From IMG/VR virus record IMGVR_UViG_3300044655_001643: a stretch of 64,000 nt of DNA; one strand, written 5' to 3'. The translations under genes were made by a program, and so were the position numbers. Each line of letters opens with the position of its first letter. Positions within the stretch are counted from its first letter, which is position 1. This document shows, piece after piece, positions 28,012 to 35,217 of the stretch. This DNA is from a virus. Under the pieces are notes generated by a model. That model was not told the origin of the DNA. It worked only from the letters and a program-made list of their open reading frames with translations, and ran no database searches.

Positions 28012-28800
28012 ATGGACCCAATAACTCTGTTTGCTCTTGCTAACGGTGCTGTTGCGGCTGTCAAACAAGGGTGTGCATTATATAAAGAAATAGCATCTGC
28101 TGCTGGTGATGTCAAGGGAGTGTTGAGTGATCTTGAGGAACAGTTCAATTCAAAGTTCAAAGATCGTGCGCCAACTGTTGCTGAAAAAAATCAGTACATA
28201 CAAGAAAAAAATCGTGTCCTTGAACTCAGCAAAAAACAGCCCGATGATATCTTTACAGAAATCGGTGAAAGTTTAGGAACATACTTCGAAAACTATGCTA
28301 CTTGCATGGCAATCTTTGAAGAAGAAGAAAAACATGCTCTAGAAGTTTATAAGGGTGAAACAAGTTTAGGTAAAAGAGCATTACAGCGTGTTTTGATGCA
28401 AAGTCGTTTGACGGCAATGGAAGCAGAACTCCGTGAACTTATGGTTTATAACTCACCACCCGAACTTGGTGATTTATACACACGTGTTCAAAAGATGATG
28501 GAGCAAATGAAAAAAGAACAAGCAATTGCATTCAAAATACAAAAAGAAAAAGATGCAAAAGCGGCGATAGTCAGGGCAAAAAGAATAAAGAAAATAAGAG
28601 AAAAAATTACTACATGGAGTATTGGTGTTATTGCGGTAATTTACATATGTGTGCTGACATGGAGCGTAGTTCAAATAAGAATTGCTGAAAAACCTGAATT
28701 AGGAATTTGTCTCATACCAAAAGGAACTTGGCTTTACAAGCATTATAATAATCTCAAATGGGTTGACTGTGAGCCAAATGATTACAATACAAATTATTGA
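28012..28800 (+). CDS. Coiled-coil protein with C-terminal TM segment
   Basis: MDPITLFALA start; long helical body; TM near C-terminus. Confidence 0.7.
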   Translation: MDPITLFALANGAVAAVKQGCALYKEIASAAGDVKGVLSDLEEQFNSKFKDRAPTVAEKNQYIQEKNRVLELSKKQPDDIFTEIGESLGTYFENYATCMAIFEEEEKHALEVYKGETSLGKRALQRVLMQSRLTAMEAELRELMVYNSPPELGDLYTRVQKMMEQMKKEQAIAFKIQKEKDAKAAIVRAKRIKKIREKITTWSIGVIAVIYICVLTWSVVQIRIAEKPELGICLIPKGTWLYKHYNNLKWVDCEPNDYNTNY

Positions 28801-28969
28801 TGGTGAGTTATTTTACCTTGTTTACACAAACACAGGTAACAATTTGATTTTGGTTACACGCAGCAATCGGTTAGCAACAATCACTAATGCTGCACTGAAA
28901 AACAAAAAAGATGATTCTGGATTTAGATTAGTAGTAAAACCTGAGAGAAGAAAAAAAGCGGCCAGATAG
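28778..28969 (+). CDS. Small hypothetical protein
   Basis: ORF ends in terminator. Confidence 0.45.
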   Translation: MITIQIIDGELFYLVYTNTGNNLILVTRSNRLATITNAALKNKKDDSGFRLVVKPERRKKAAR

Positions 28970-28980
28970 CCGCTTTCTTT
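28951..28980. terminator. Bidirectional intrinsic terminator
   Basis: A7-GCGGC-loop-GCCGC-TTTCTTT between convergent genes. Confidence 0.85.
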
Positions 28981-29414
28981 TAGTTTTCGGTAAGATGCTT
29001 TTCTAATGCTTTTGCATAACGATTTGCATGTGAACGTTCTGCTTTTGCCAAAGTTTCAAACCAATCAGCAACTTCATCAAAACCTTCTTCACGTGCTGTC
29101 TTTGCCATGCCTGGATACATGTCTGAATACTCATGTGTTTCACCAGCAATAGCAGCCTCTAACATTTGCCGTGCAGTTTTTGCTGGCATATCTGTACCAG
29201 GCTCACCAGCACCACCTTCAATCAAATACTCCATATGACCATGGGCATGGCCTGTTTCACCTTCAGCGGTTGAACGGAACAATGCTGCCAAATCATTCTC
29301 ACCTGCGATATCACACTGATTTGCGAAATACAGATAACGGCGGTTTGCCATTGATTCACCAGCAAATGCTTCTTTCAAACACTCGGCAGTTTTTGTACCT
29401 TTTAACGAACTCAT
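28980..29414 (-). CDS. Rubrerythrin (short, no rubredoxin domain)
   Basis: AFAGES.A.RRY, E..HA, GE..E...MYP..A..AR.EG, AE..HA. Confidence 0.92.
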   Translation of the reverse strand: MSSLKGTKTAECLKEAFAGESMANRRYLYFANQCDIAGENDLAALFRSTAEGETGHAHGHMEYLIEGGAGEPGTDMPAKTARQMLEAAIAGETHEYSDMYPGMAKTAREEGFDEVADWFETLAKAERSHANRYAKALEKHLTEN

Positions 29415-29572
29415 TCTATCTCCTTTTTCCTTAAAGTCCAACTTCCATCTTTGTTATCAATCCATTCAAGTACATCACCTTCTTTCCAGCCTGCTTCGGC
29501 AAGAATTTCATCGGTGAATTCTAAAATTGCTTCACCATCAACTTCTTTGACTTCTAATGTCCAACTTTTCAT
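29411..29572 (-). CDS. AbrB/MazE-like small protein
   Basis: MKSWTLEVKEVDGEAILEF...AGWKEGDVLEW; manual translation. Confidence 0.6.
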   Translation of the reverse strand: MKSWTLEVKEVDGEAILEFTDEILAEAGWKEGDVLEWIDNKDGSWTLRKKEIE

Positions 29573-29581
29573 ACTATTCCT

Positions 29582-29656
29582 TGGAGCGGGTGACAGGGAT
29601 CGAACCTGCGACGAACAGCTTGGAAGGCTGACACTCTACCACTGAGTTACACCCGC
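29582..29656 (-). tRNA. tRNA-Gly(TCC)
   Basis: Cloverleaf, loop CTTCCAA, encoded CCA. Confidence 0.95.
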
Positions 29657-29657
29657 A

Positions 29658-29948
29658 CTATTTAACTTTGACTTCTTTCCGCTCAACTCTTTCACCGTTA
29701 GGATGGATATATCCGATAAAACCATCAGCATCTTTGTATGATACACCGCCCCAAAAGTAATCTTTATCTTTGAAGAACGAAATTCTCTCATCAGTATAGT
29801 TAGTTACATCAATTTTGAGAGAACCTAGCCATTCTTGCCAATTATCATCGGCTTGATCGGCAATCGCAAGTGCCTCATCTTCATTTTCCGCTTCAACTAC
29901 ATGAACATTTCGAAAAGCCGAGATTTGTTCAACAATGTACTTAGGCAT
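29658..29948 (-). CDS. Hypothetical protein
   Basis: GAGG RBS. Confidence 0.65.
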   Translation of the reverse strand: MPKYIVEQISAFRNVHVVEAENEDEALAIADQADDNWQEWLGSLKIDVTNYTDERISFFKDKDYFWGGVSYKDADGFIGYIHPNGERVERKEVKVK

Positions 29949-29950
29949 GA

Positions 29951-30247
29951 TTACCTCTCAATTGTAAATTTCACAGATTTGATTGAATCCCAACGAAATG
30001 AGCGCCAACCTTCAGACTCTACATCCCAAACAGCAATTGCTTCTTGAGATTTTTGTTTCGTTTCTTTGTTTTGAACTTCAGGAAGTACATCTTCTTTCAA
30101 TGTACACTTCATAATTCGTTCAGAACCGTCTTTTTTCGTAAAAGTGACTTCGACAACATCAGTTTCAAGTACATTTTTGAGCCACTTACGACCTTTTTTT
30201 GCATCTTTAGTATCACCAGTAAAAACATTCACCATTTTGATCTCCAT
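29951..30247 (-). CDS. WYL-like SH3-fold protein
   Basis: F.KKDG..R.M.CTL, VWD....WRSFR. Confidence 0.75.
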   Translation of the reverse strand: MEIKMVNVFTGDTKDAKKGRKWLKNVLETDVVEVTFTKKDGSERIMKCTLKEDVLPEVQNKETKQKSQEAIAVWDVESEGWRSFRWDSIKSVKFTIER

Positions 30248-30251
30248 GTTA

Positions 30252-30701
30252 TCAGTTTTGTGCTACAGATTCAAGTGCTTCCTTTGCTTTTCGCTTAAAT
30301 TCACCGTTCATAATATAATCAAGATACTCAATCCACCATTTTTCTGATTTTCCTGACTTTTTGACAATACAGCCTGAAATTCCAGTGCCGACAAGACCTT
30401 TTACATACACAAGTGGATCAACAAGTATCGCCTCAAACGCATCATCAAACACTGGAAGACTATTTTCATCATGTGTGAAGAGGCAAAGATGATATTTTAG
30501 ACCCATGTGTGAACTTTCAACGGGTTCCGAATTTGCTTCTTCATCTTTTATCTTGAAAAATGCAATCTTACAATTTTCCTCATAGTCATTTTCATCAGGA
30601 ACAAAGTAAAAACCATCAAACTCACTCATTTCATCACGAGGAACTATCTCATGATCATCATCAACTTCTACTTTCGGTGCTTTTTTAGAGAAAAGTGACA
30701 T
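30252..30701 (-). CDS. Hypothetical protein
   Basis: Start MSLFSKK minimises overlap with upstream ORF. Confidence 0.6.
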   Translation of the reverse strand: MSLFSKKAPKVEVDDDHEIVPRDEMSEFDGFYFVPDENDYEENCKIAFFKIKDEEANSEPVESSHMGLKYHLCLFTHDENSLPVFDDAFEAILVDPLVYVKGLVGTGISGCIVKKSGKSEKWWIEYLDYIMNGEFKRKAKEALESVAQN

Positions 30702-30858
30702 AATTTTTTCGGAAGTTTTGTTTTTCGGCAGCACGACTGTAAAAATTGACGATAGAATGTTCAACTTTCATGCTGTATTTGGGTGTGAACAAGTCTTTTG
30801 CCACATAGTTTCGTGGTTTAGAGACTTTTTGCGACTGATTTTTCAATTTCTTAGACAT
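30685..30858 (-). CDS. ArfA-like basic peptide (57 aa)
   Basis: RNYVAKDLFTPKYSMKVE...YSR resembles ArfA core; own promoter. Confidence 0.45.
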   Translation of the reverse strand: MSKKLKNQSQKVSKPRNYVAKDLFTPKYSMKVEHSIVNFYSRAAEKQNFRKNYVTFL

Positions 30859-30865
30859 GATAGAC

Positions 30866-30894
30866 AGTATATAGCATGAAAAAAACATTGTCAA
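30866..30894 (-). promoter_or_regulatory. Sigma70-type promoter, predicted leaderless transcript
   Basis: TTGACA-17-TATACT, 7 nt before ATG. Confidence 0.8.
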
Positions 30895-30895
30895 G

Positions 30896-30987
30896 TGGCG
30901 GAGTGTATTGGATTCGAACCAATGATACCCTTTTGAGGTATGCTTTCTTAGCAGGAAAGTGCCTTCGACCAACTCGGCCAACACTCC
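30896..30987 (-). tRNA. tRNA-Ser(GCT)
   Basis: Loop CTGCTAA, long variable arm, GCCA end. Confidence 0.93.
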
Positions 30988-30991
30988 AAAC

Positions 30992-31079
30992 TGGCGGAAG
31001 CGGTGAGATTCGAACTCACGAACAGTTTCCCGTTGCTGGTTTTCAAGACCAGTGCCTTCAACCACTCGGCCACGCTTCC
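30992..31079 (-). tRNA. tRNA-Ser(TGA)
   Basis: Loop CTTGAAA, long variable arm. Confidence 0.95.
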
Positions 31080-31084
31080 ATAAC

Positions 31085-31162
31085 TGGAGGTAAGGGTCGG
31101 ATTTGAACCGACGGTTTTACAGTTTTGCAGACTGCTGCTTTGGACCACTCAGCCACCTTACC
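31085..31162 (-). tRNA. tRNA-Cys(GCA)
   Basis: Loop CTGCAAA, U73. Confidence 0.92.
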
Positions 31163-31275
31163 ACGAACTCACACAACATGGCTAGTTTTAGACCAGACCA
31201 CATCAGAATTGTAACAGATATCGCTAAAGATATCCAATAAAATATGATTGTAAAAAATATTTCTAACATAAATTC

Positions 31276-31350
31276 TGGTGCATCGTGATGGATTCGAACC
31301 ACCGACAACCTGCTTGTAAGGCAGGGATTCTACCACTGAACTAACGATGC
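31276..31350 (-). tRNA. tRNA-Val(TAC)
   Basis: Loop CTTACAA. Confidence 0.95.
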
Positions 31351-31361
31351 CTTTACTTATA

Positions 31362-31436
31362 TGGTGGTAATGGTAAGAGTTGAACTTACACTTTACTCCG
31401 TATGAAGGAGGCGCACTACCATTATGCTACATTACC
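31362..31436 (-). tRNA. tRNA-Met(CAT), elongator Met or Ile2
   Basis: Loop TTCATAC; paired 1-72. Confidence 0.85.
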
Positions 31437-31437
31437 A

Positions 31438-31511
31438 TGGTTGCCCCGACAAGAATTGAACTTGTAATGGTCGATTATCAATCGACAGTTATACCATTTA
31501 ACTACAGGGCA
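31438..31511 (-). tRNA. tRNA-Ile(GAT)
   Basis: Loop TTGATAA. Confidence 0.9.
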
Positions 31512-31520
31512 GTCATCATT

Positions 31521-31595
31521 TGGGGTGTCTAACGAGTACCGACCTCGTACCTACTCTTTCACAGAGAGTAATGCTACCACTACACCATAGACACC
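31521..31595 (-). tRNA. tRNA-His(GTG)
   Basis: Loop CTGTGAA, G-1:C73; atypical T-loop GTCGGTA. Confidence 0.88.
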
Positions 31596-31602
31596 ATTGT
31601 TC

Positions 31603-31697
31603 TGGTAGTAGACCTAGGATTTGAACCTAGCCGTTTCAGCCCATCTGACCGATCTCCAGAGTTTATAAGTCTCCGCCGCACACCAGTGCTGTCTACC
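31603..31697 (-). tRNA. Non-canonical tRNA, anticodon TAT (nominal Ile), long variable arm
   Basis: Acceptor GGTAGAC/GTCTACT-ACCA; T-arm CTAGG-TTCAAAT-CCTAG; loop CTTATAA. Confidence 0.75.
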
Positions 31698-31699
31698 AT

Positions 31700-31773
31700 T
31701 GGCCCTGATGTACGGACTCGAACCGCAACTTACGGTTTTGGAGACCGCAGTGCTGCCATTACACCACATCAGG
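31700..31773 (-). tRNA. tRNA-Trp(CCA)
   Basis: Loop CTCCAAA, G73. Confidence 0.93.
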
Positions 31774-31779
31774 ATAAAT

Positions 31780-31855
31780 TGGAGCGGGTAATCGGGCTCG
31801 AACCGATGACCTTTTGCTTGGCAAGCAAATGTACTACCAACTGTACTATACCCGC
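31780..31855 (-). tRNA. tRNA-Gly(GCC)
   Basis: Loop TTGCCAA; G1 shared with upstream TAG. Confidence 0.95.
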
Positions 31856-32322
31856 TACGCTACTAAACTTTTGAAACGATCTGCCGCATAACTTGCTGCA
31901 AATGCTTTTGGCTTCACCAGCGGCACAACATTACATGTACCTTTGATATAACCAATTGCTTCGTTTACTACACATGAACTACCATGAATTTCACTTGGGT
32001 TGATGTCCAAATGAATTTGTATATCATGTGGAATTACTTCATACAATTTCAAATACAAATCAGCCACTTTGTAAACTTCGTTCATCAAACGAAAACGTGG
32101 CCGACTTTTCTTTTGTTCATAATCACGTTCACGCTGAACAGCGCCGAATATCTTACAGCCGTGACGACCATCAATGTGGACCACGACTGCTACAATGTAA
32201 TCAGCAAACCATTCACCATCTATTTGAAAGCGTTCACTGTCAGCACCAATGTAAACTTTCGTATCGGGACCGCATGTGTCAAGAAATGCAGCCACTTCAT
32301 GTATGTCAATTTCTTTTTTCAT
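31855..32322 (-). CDS. RNase H-like YkuK/DUF458 family protein
   Basis: YIGADS, RL..EV, IHLDIN, KP.AFAAS.AAD. Confidence 0.85.
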   Translation of the reverse strand: MKKEIDIHEVAAFLDTCGPDTKVYIGADSERFQIDGEWFADYIVAVVVHIDGRHGCKIFGAVQRERDYEQKKSRPRFRLMNEVYKVADLYLKLYEVIPHDIQIHLDINPSEIHGSSCVVNEAIGYIKGTCNVVPLVKPKAFAASYAADRFKSLVA

Positions 32323-32345
32323 GTTTCACCCGTAAATAAAAAAAC

Positions 32346-32419
32346 TGGTGCCCGTTGACAGAATCGAACTGCCAATAGATGATTACAAATCAACTGTTAT
32401 ACCATTTAACTAAACGGGC
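32346..32419 (-). tRNA. tRNA-Thr(TGT)
   Basis: Loop TTTGTAA. Confidence 0.92.
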
Positions 32420-32426
32420 AAAACTA

Positions 32427-32502
32427 TGGTGGAGGATAGCAGATTCGAACTGCTTACTCATGCTTGCAAAGCACATGTGTTCCCAATTAGCACCAATCCC
32501 CC
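32427..32502 (-). tRNA. tRNA-Ala(TGC)
   Basis: Loop TTTGCAA, G3-U70. Confidence 0.95.
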
Positions 32503-32503
32503 A

Positions 32504-33457
32504 TTACTTTCTGAAAATATACGTAACATCTTTATTTTTCAATTTACGTATATTTGCTAATGGACTATCAAAACCAACTGTGTCCACTAATTTATAACCT
32601 CTTTCTTCATGCTTTCGAATAACATCACCAACAAAGTCATACTTTTTGAAATTCATCACATTCCAAGCACTGATACCATCATCACACAATACATTCAAAC
32701 TTCTGTCGATAAGTGGATACAACCAGTTATCACGCCAAACTTCATATGTATCAAATTTATTATACGATTGATTTTCATCACCCGTGTAAACTTCTAAATT
32801 GAAATAGGGCGGTGAAGTCAACACAACATCAACTTTGCCTAAACTCTCAATATCAAAATCTTCAACAGGAACATTATGTAAATAAACTTCAGATTGTATA
32901 TTGAGAAATTCTATCATTCTCAATAGATTGTTATAAGTTTCAACATTAGGATCACAACTAACATATTTCCAATTGTTAGATACTGTGCCCAACATTCTGC
33001 CACCCCAACCAGCACACGGATCAAACAATGTTCCGCTTTTCTTACCAGTCATCATTGTTATCTGTTTAGAAAAATGCGGTCGATAGAAACTAGAATTCGG
33101 TAAACCAGCAGTCATAAAAACTGCTCTTCGAATCCAAGATAGCCACAATTGCGACATACCTTGTAAGCCCCATAAACGCACTTTATCCATTATTTCTGGA
33201 TTTTTCCATGCATCAGCAAATGATAAGCCTTTATCATTTTGAATCGTCCAAAAATTGTCACAAAAGTGTTGACACAATTTCATTCCGGGTTTGAACTGCG
33301 CCCCTTTTTTGAATTGTTTAGTCCCACACAATTTTATCCAATCAGTGTTCAACTCTTTGGCCGAATAGTTGTAACGATAATCAATCGCCATCAATTCTTC
33401 GGTTGTAATATCTTTTGATAATCTACTTTCAGCCATTTTCTGCAAACCATTCGTCAT
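32504..33457 (-). CDS. Amino-DNA methyltransferase (N4-C/N6-A)
   Basis: Motif I FDPCAGWGGR, motif IV LTSPPYF. Confidence 0.88.
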   Translation of the reverse strand: MTNGLQKMAESRLSKDITTEELMAIDYRYNYSAKELNTDWIKLCGTKQFKKGAQFKPGMKLCQHFCDNFWTIQNDKGLSFADAWKNPEIMDKVRLWGLQGMSQLWLSWIRRAVFMTAGLPNSSFYRPHFSKQITMMTGKKSGTLFDPCAGWGGRMLGTVSNNWKYVSCDPNVETYNNLLRMIEFLNIQSEVYLHNVPVEDFDIESLGKVDVVLTSPPYFNLEVYTGDENQSYNKFDTYEVWRDNWLYPLIDRSLNVLCDDGISAWNVMNFKKYDFVGDVIRKHEERGYKLVDTVGFDSPLANIRKLKNKDVTYIFRK

Positions 33458-34019
33458 TACGATACACTATATCATACAAATGACTATCTTTCAAGTTTAC
33501 TTTGACGGTATTCAAATTTGTTGTGCCTTTTCCTTTGGCAATCATTTTATTTACTCCATCACGCAAAATACTAATTACATATTCCGTATGAGGCTTTATA
33601 ATTAGCAAACATCTTTCATCATAAAATATTCCAAAATAATGATCATGAAATGCATATCTATCAACACTCTCATGATTATAAGCACCGTTATAAACACCAC
33701 CGATTGTCAGCGAATTGTATCTTGTGCCTGTCTTTTTGCTTTTTACTTTTTGAAGCAAATTTTTCAAATCTTTATCTTCAATAGCAGAAGATTTATATTC
33801 TGCCATTTTGTTTGCATTTGAATCAAACGCATCAGCGCCATACTTTGCAGATTTTTTTCCTGCGCTAATTTTTTCAAAGGCTTGATGATTCAACTTACCA
33901 GCCATAACTAATTCACGCCATTTCGTTTTATCTGTTATTTTATGAATGCCTGCTTTTTTGCCCAGGGTCGCAAGCATTTGTGCATGATACGCTATCTGTT
34001 CAATCAAATCTGCATCCAT
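33429..34019 (-). CDS. Putative PD-(D/E)XK restriction endonuclease (PvuII-like motif)
   Basis: RE...GADAFD...AEYKS; GGAGA RBS before ATG 34019; overlaps MTase start. Confidence 0.55.
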   Translation of the reverse strand: MDADLIEQIAYHAQMLATLGKKAGIHKITDKTKWRELVMAGKLNHQAFEKISAGKKSAKYGADAFDSNANKMAEYKSSAIEDKDLKNLLQKVKSKKTGTRYNSLTIGGVYNGAYNHESVDRYAFHDHYFGIFYDERCLLIIKPHTEYVISILRDGVNKMIAKGKGTTNLNTVKVNLKDSHLYDIVYRNDEWFAENG

Positions 34020-34035
34020 AATATCTCCATTAGTT

Positions 34036-34111
34036 TGGCCGGTCCTGAGAGAATCGAACTCCCACCTGCGGGTCCGTAGCCCGCCGTAATCATCCATTTT
34101 ACTAAAGACCG
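34036..34111 (-). tRNA. tRNA-Arg(ACG)
   Basis: Loop CTACGGA. Confidence 0.92.
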
Positions 34112-34123
34112 TTATTACTTATA

Positions 34124-34208
34124 TGGTGGGTGACCTCGGAGTCGAACCAAGTATGCCGAAGGCGTCTGATTTACAGTCAGGTGCAGTCACCAGTGCTGCT
34201 CGTCACCC
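34124..34208 (-). tRNA. tRNA-Tyr(GTA)
   Basis: Loop CTGTAAA, long variable arm. Confidence 0.92.
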
Positions 34209-34214
34209 TACATT

Positions 34215-34400
34215 CTTGCTTAGGCTACTTGTTTACCAGACAAGCCCCTATGCTGAGTTGTTACCCTGTCCACATCATGTTGAAATTTTCACGCATAATG
34301 TACGCTGCTATGTTGTCAGTCACTAGTAACGCTAACGGTGCCATAGCCACCGGGACAGTTATCGTCGCCACACGCTACTTTCAGGAAAGTAGTAACCGGA
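34215..34400 (-). ncRNA. Candidate structured ncRNA in tRNA array
   Basis: At least five compatible helices, no credible ORF. Confidence 0.6.
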
Positions 34401-34402
34401 TT

Positions 34403-34477
34403 TGGCTGCTCAGGTAGGGATCGAACCTACGACACACGGATTAACAGTCCGCTGATCTACCGCTGATCTACTGAGCA
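34403..34477 (-). tRNA. tRNA-Asn(GTT)
   Basis: Loop CTGTTAA. Confidence 0.95.
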
Positions 34478-34486
34478 ATAAAACTT

Positions 34487-34564
34487 TGGCGACACTTACG
34501 GGATTCGAACCCGTGATCTCTGCCGTGACAGGGCAGCGCATTAGGCCAACTATGCTAAAGTGCC
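34487..34564 (-). tRNA. tRNA-Asp(GTC)
   Basis: Loop CTGTCAC. Confidence 0.95.
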
Positions 34565-34565
34565 G

Positions 34566-34639
34566 TGGCAGGGGATGTAAGAATCGAACTTACAATAACG
34601 GAATCAAAATCCGCTGTGATACCACTTCACCAATCCCCA
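34566..34639 (-). tRNA. tRNA-Gln(TTG)
   Basis: Loop TTTTGAT. Confidence 0.92.
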
Positions 34640-34682
34640 ACAAACCATTTAGAAGCACACTAGTTACCAGTATGCTTTTAGA

Positions 34683-34758
34683 TGGTGGGGCCACAGGGAT
34701 TCGAACCCTGACCTGACGGATTAAAAGTCCGCTGTCTTAACCGTTTGACTATAGCCCC
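34683..34758 (-). tRNA. tRNA-Lys(TTT)
   Basis: Loop CTTTTAA. Confidence 0.95.
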
Positions 34759-34810
34759 TCTATCTTATCACTCTTGTCGCTGTCCATAATGGACTCTCCT
34801 TAAAAAATCT

Positions 34811-34886
34811 TGGCACACCCAACCGGATTCGAACCGGTGTTACTGCCGTGAAAGGGCAATGTCCTAGGCCTCTAGACGATGGGTGC
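34811..34886 (-). tRNA. tRNA-Glu(TTC)
   Basis: Loop CTTTCAC. Confidence 0.95.
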
Positions 34887-34915
34887 TTCGTTTTATTTCT
34901 CACTCAACAAACAGC

Positions 34916-34944
34916 ATTCTACAGATATACCAAATATTTGTCAA
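34916..34944 (-). promoter_or_regulatory. Sigma70-type promoter inside tRNA array
   Basis: TTGACA-17-TAGAAT between tRNA-Pro and tRNA-Glu. Confidence 0.8.
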
Positions 34945-34977
34945 GCGTTTTTTTGTGTCGTTTTTACAACACTTTAC

Positions 34978-35054
34978 TGGTCTGAGTAGAGAGAATCGAA
35001 CTCCCGACCTCCTGCTCCCAAAGCAGGCGTTCTACCAGGCTGAACTACACTCAG
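34978..35054 (-). tRNA. tRNA-Pro(TGG)
   Basis: Loop TTTGGGA. Confidence 0.95.
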
Positions 35055-35092
35055 AAATAAAAAACCCCGAAACTTTGTAGGCTTCGGGGTTT
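35055..35092 (-). terminator. Intrinsic terminator/attenuator before tRNA array
   Basis: AAACCCCGAAGC-CTACAAA-GTTTCGGGGTTT-TTTATTT. Confidence 0.88.
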
Positions 35093-35117
35093 GTACAATT
35101 TATCTAATACCTACAAA

Positions 35118-35213
35118 CTATGCACAAACTCCCGTTTGAAATACCCATGATCCATTATCGCTAAATGTGCGATACTCTTGGCAGGGCTTCGTAATGTGCA
35201 TATGTTTGGTCAT
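35118..35213 (-). CDS. Putative attenuator leader peptide MTKHMHITKPCQEYRTFSDNGSWVFQTGVCA
   Basis: 31 codons, 19 different amino acids; 3' end complementary to terminator 5' arm. Confidence 0.65.
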   Translation of the reverse strand: MTKHMHITKPCQEYRTFSDNGSWVFQTGVCA

Positions 35214-35217
35214 AATT

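Noticed and set aside
30859-31148. ORFs across the Ser/Ser/Cys tRNAs, and plus-strand ORFs over other tRNAs
   Set aside because: Shadow frames of tRNA genes.
34020-34097. N-terminal extension of ORF 33429..34097
   Set aside because: Lies in tRNA-Arg(ACG); ATG 34019 has a GGAGA RBS.
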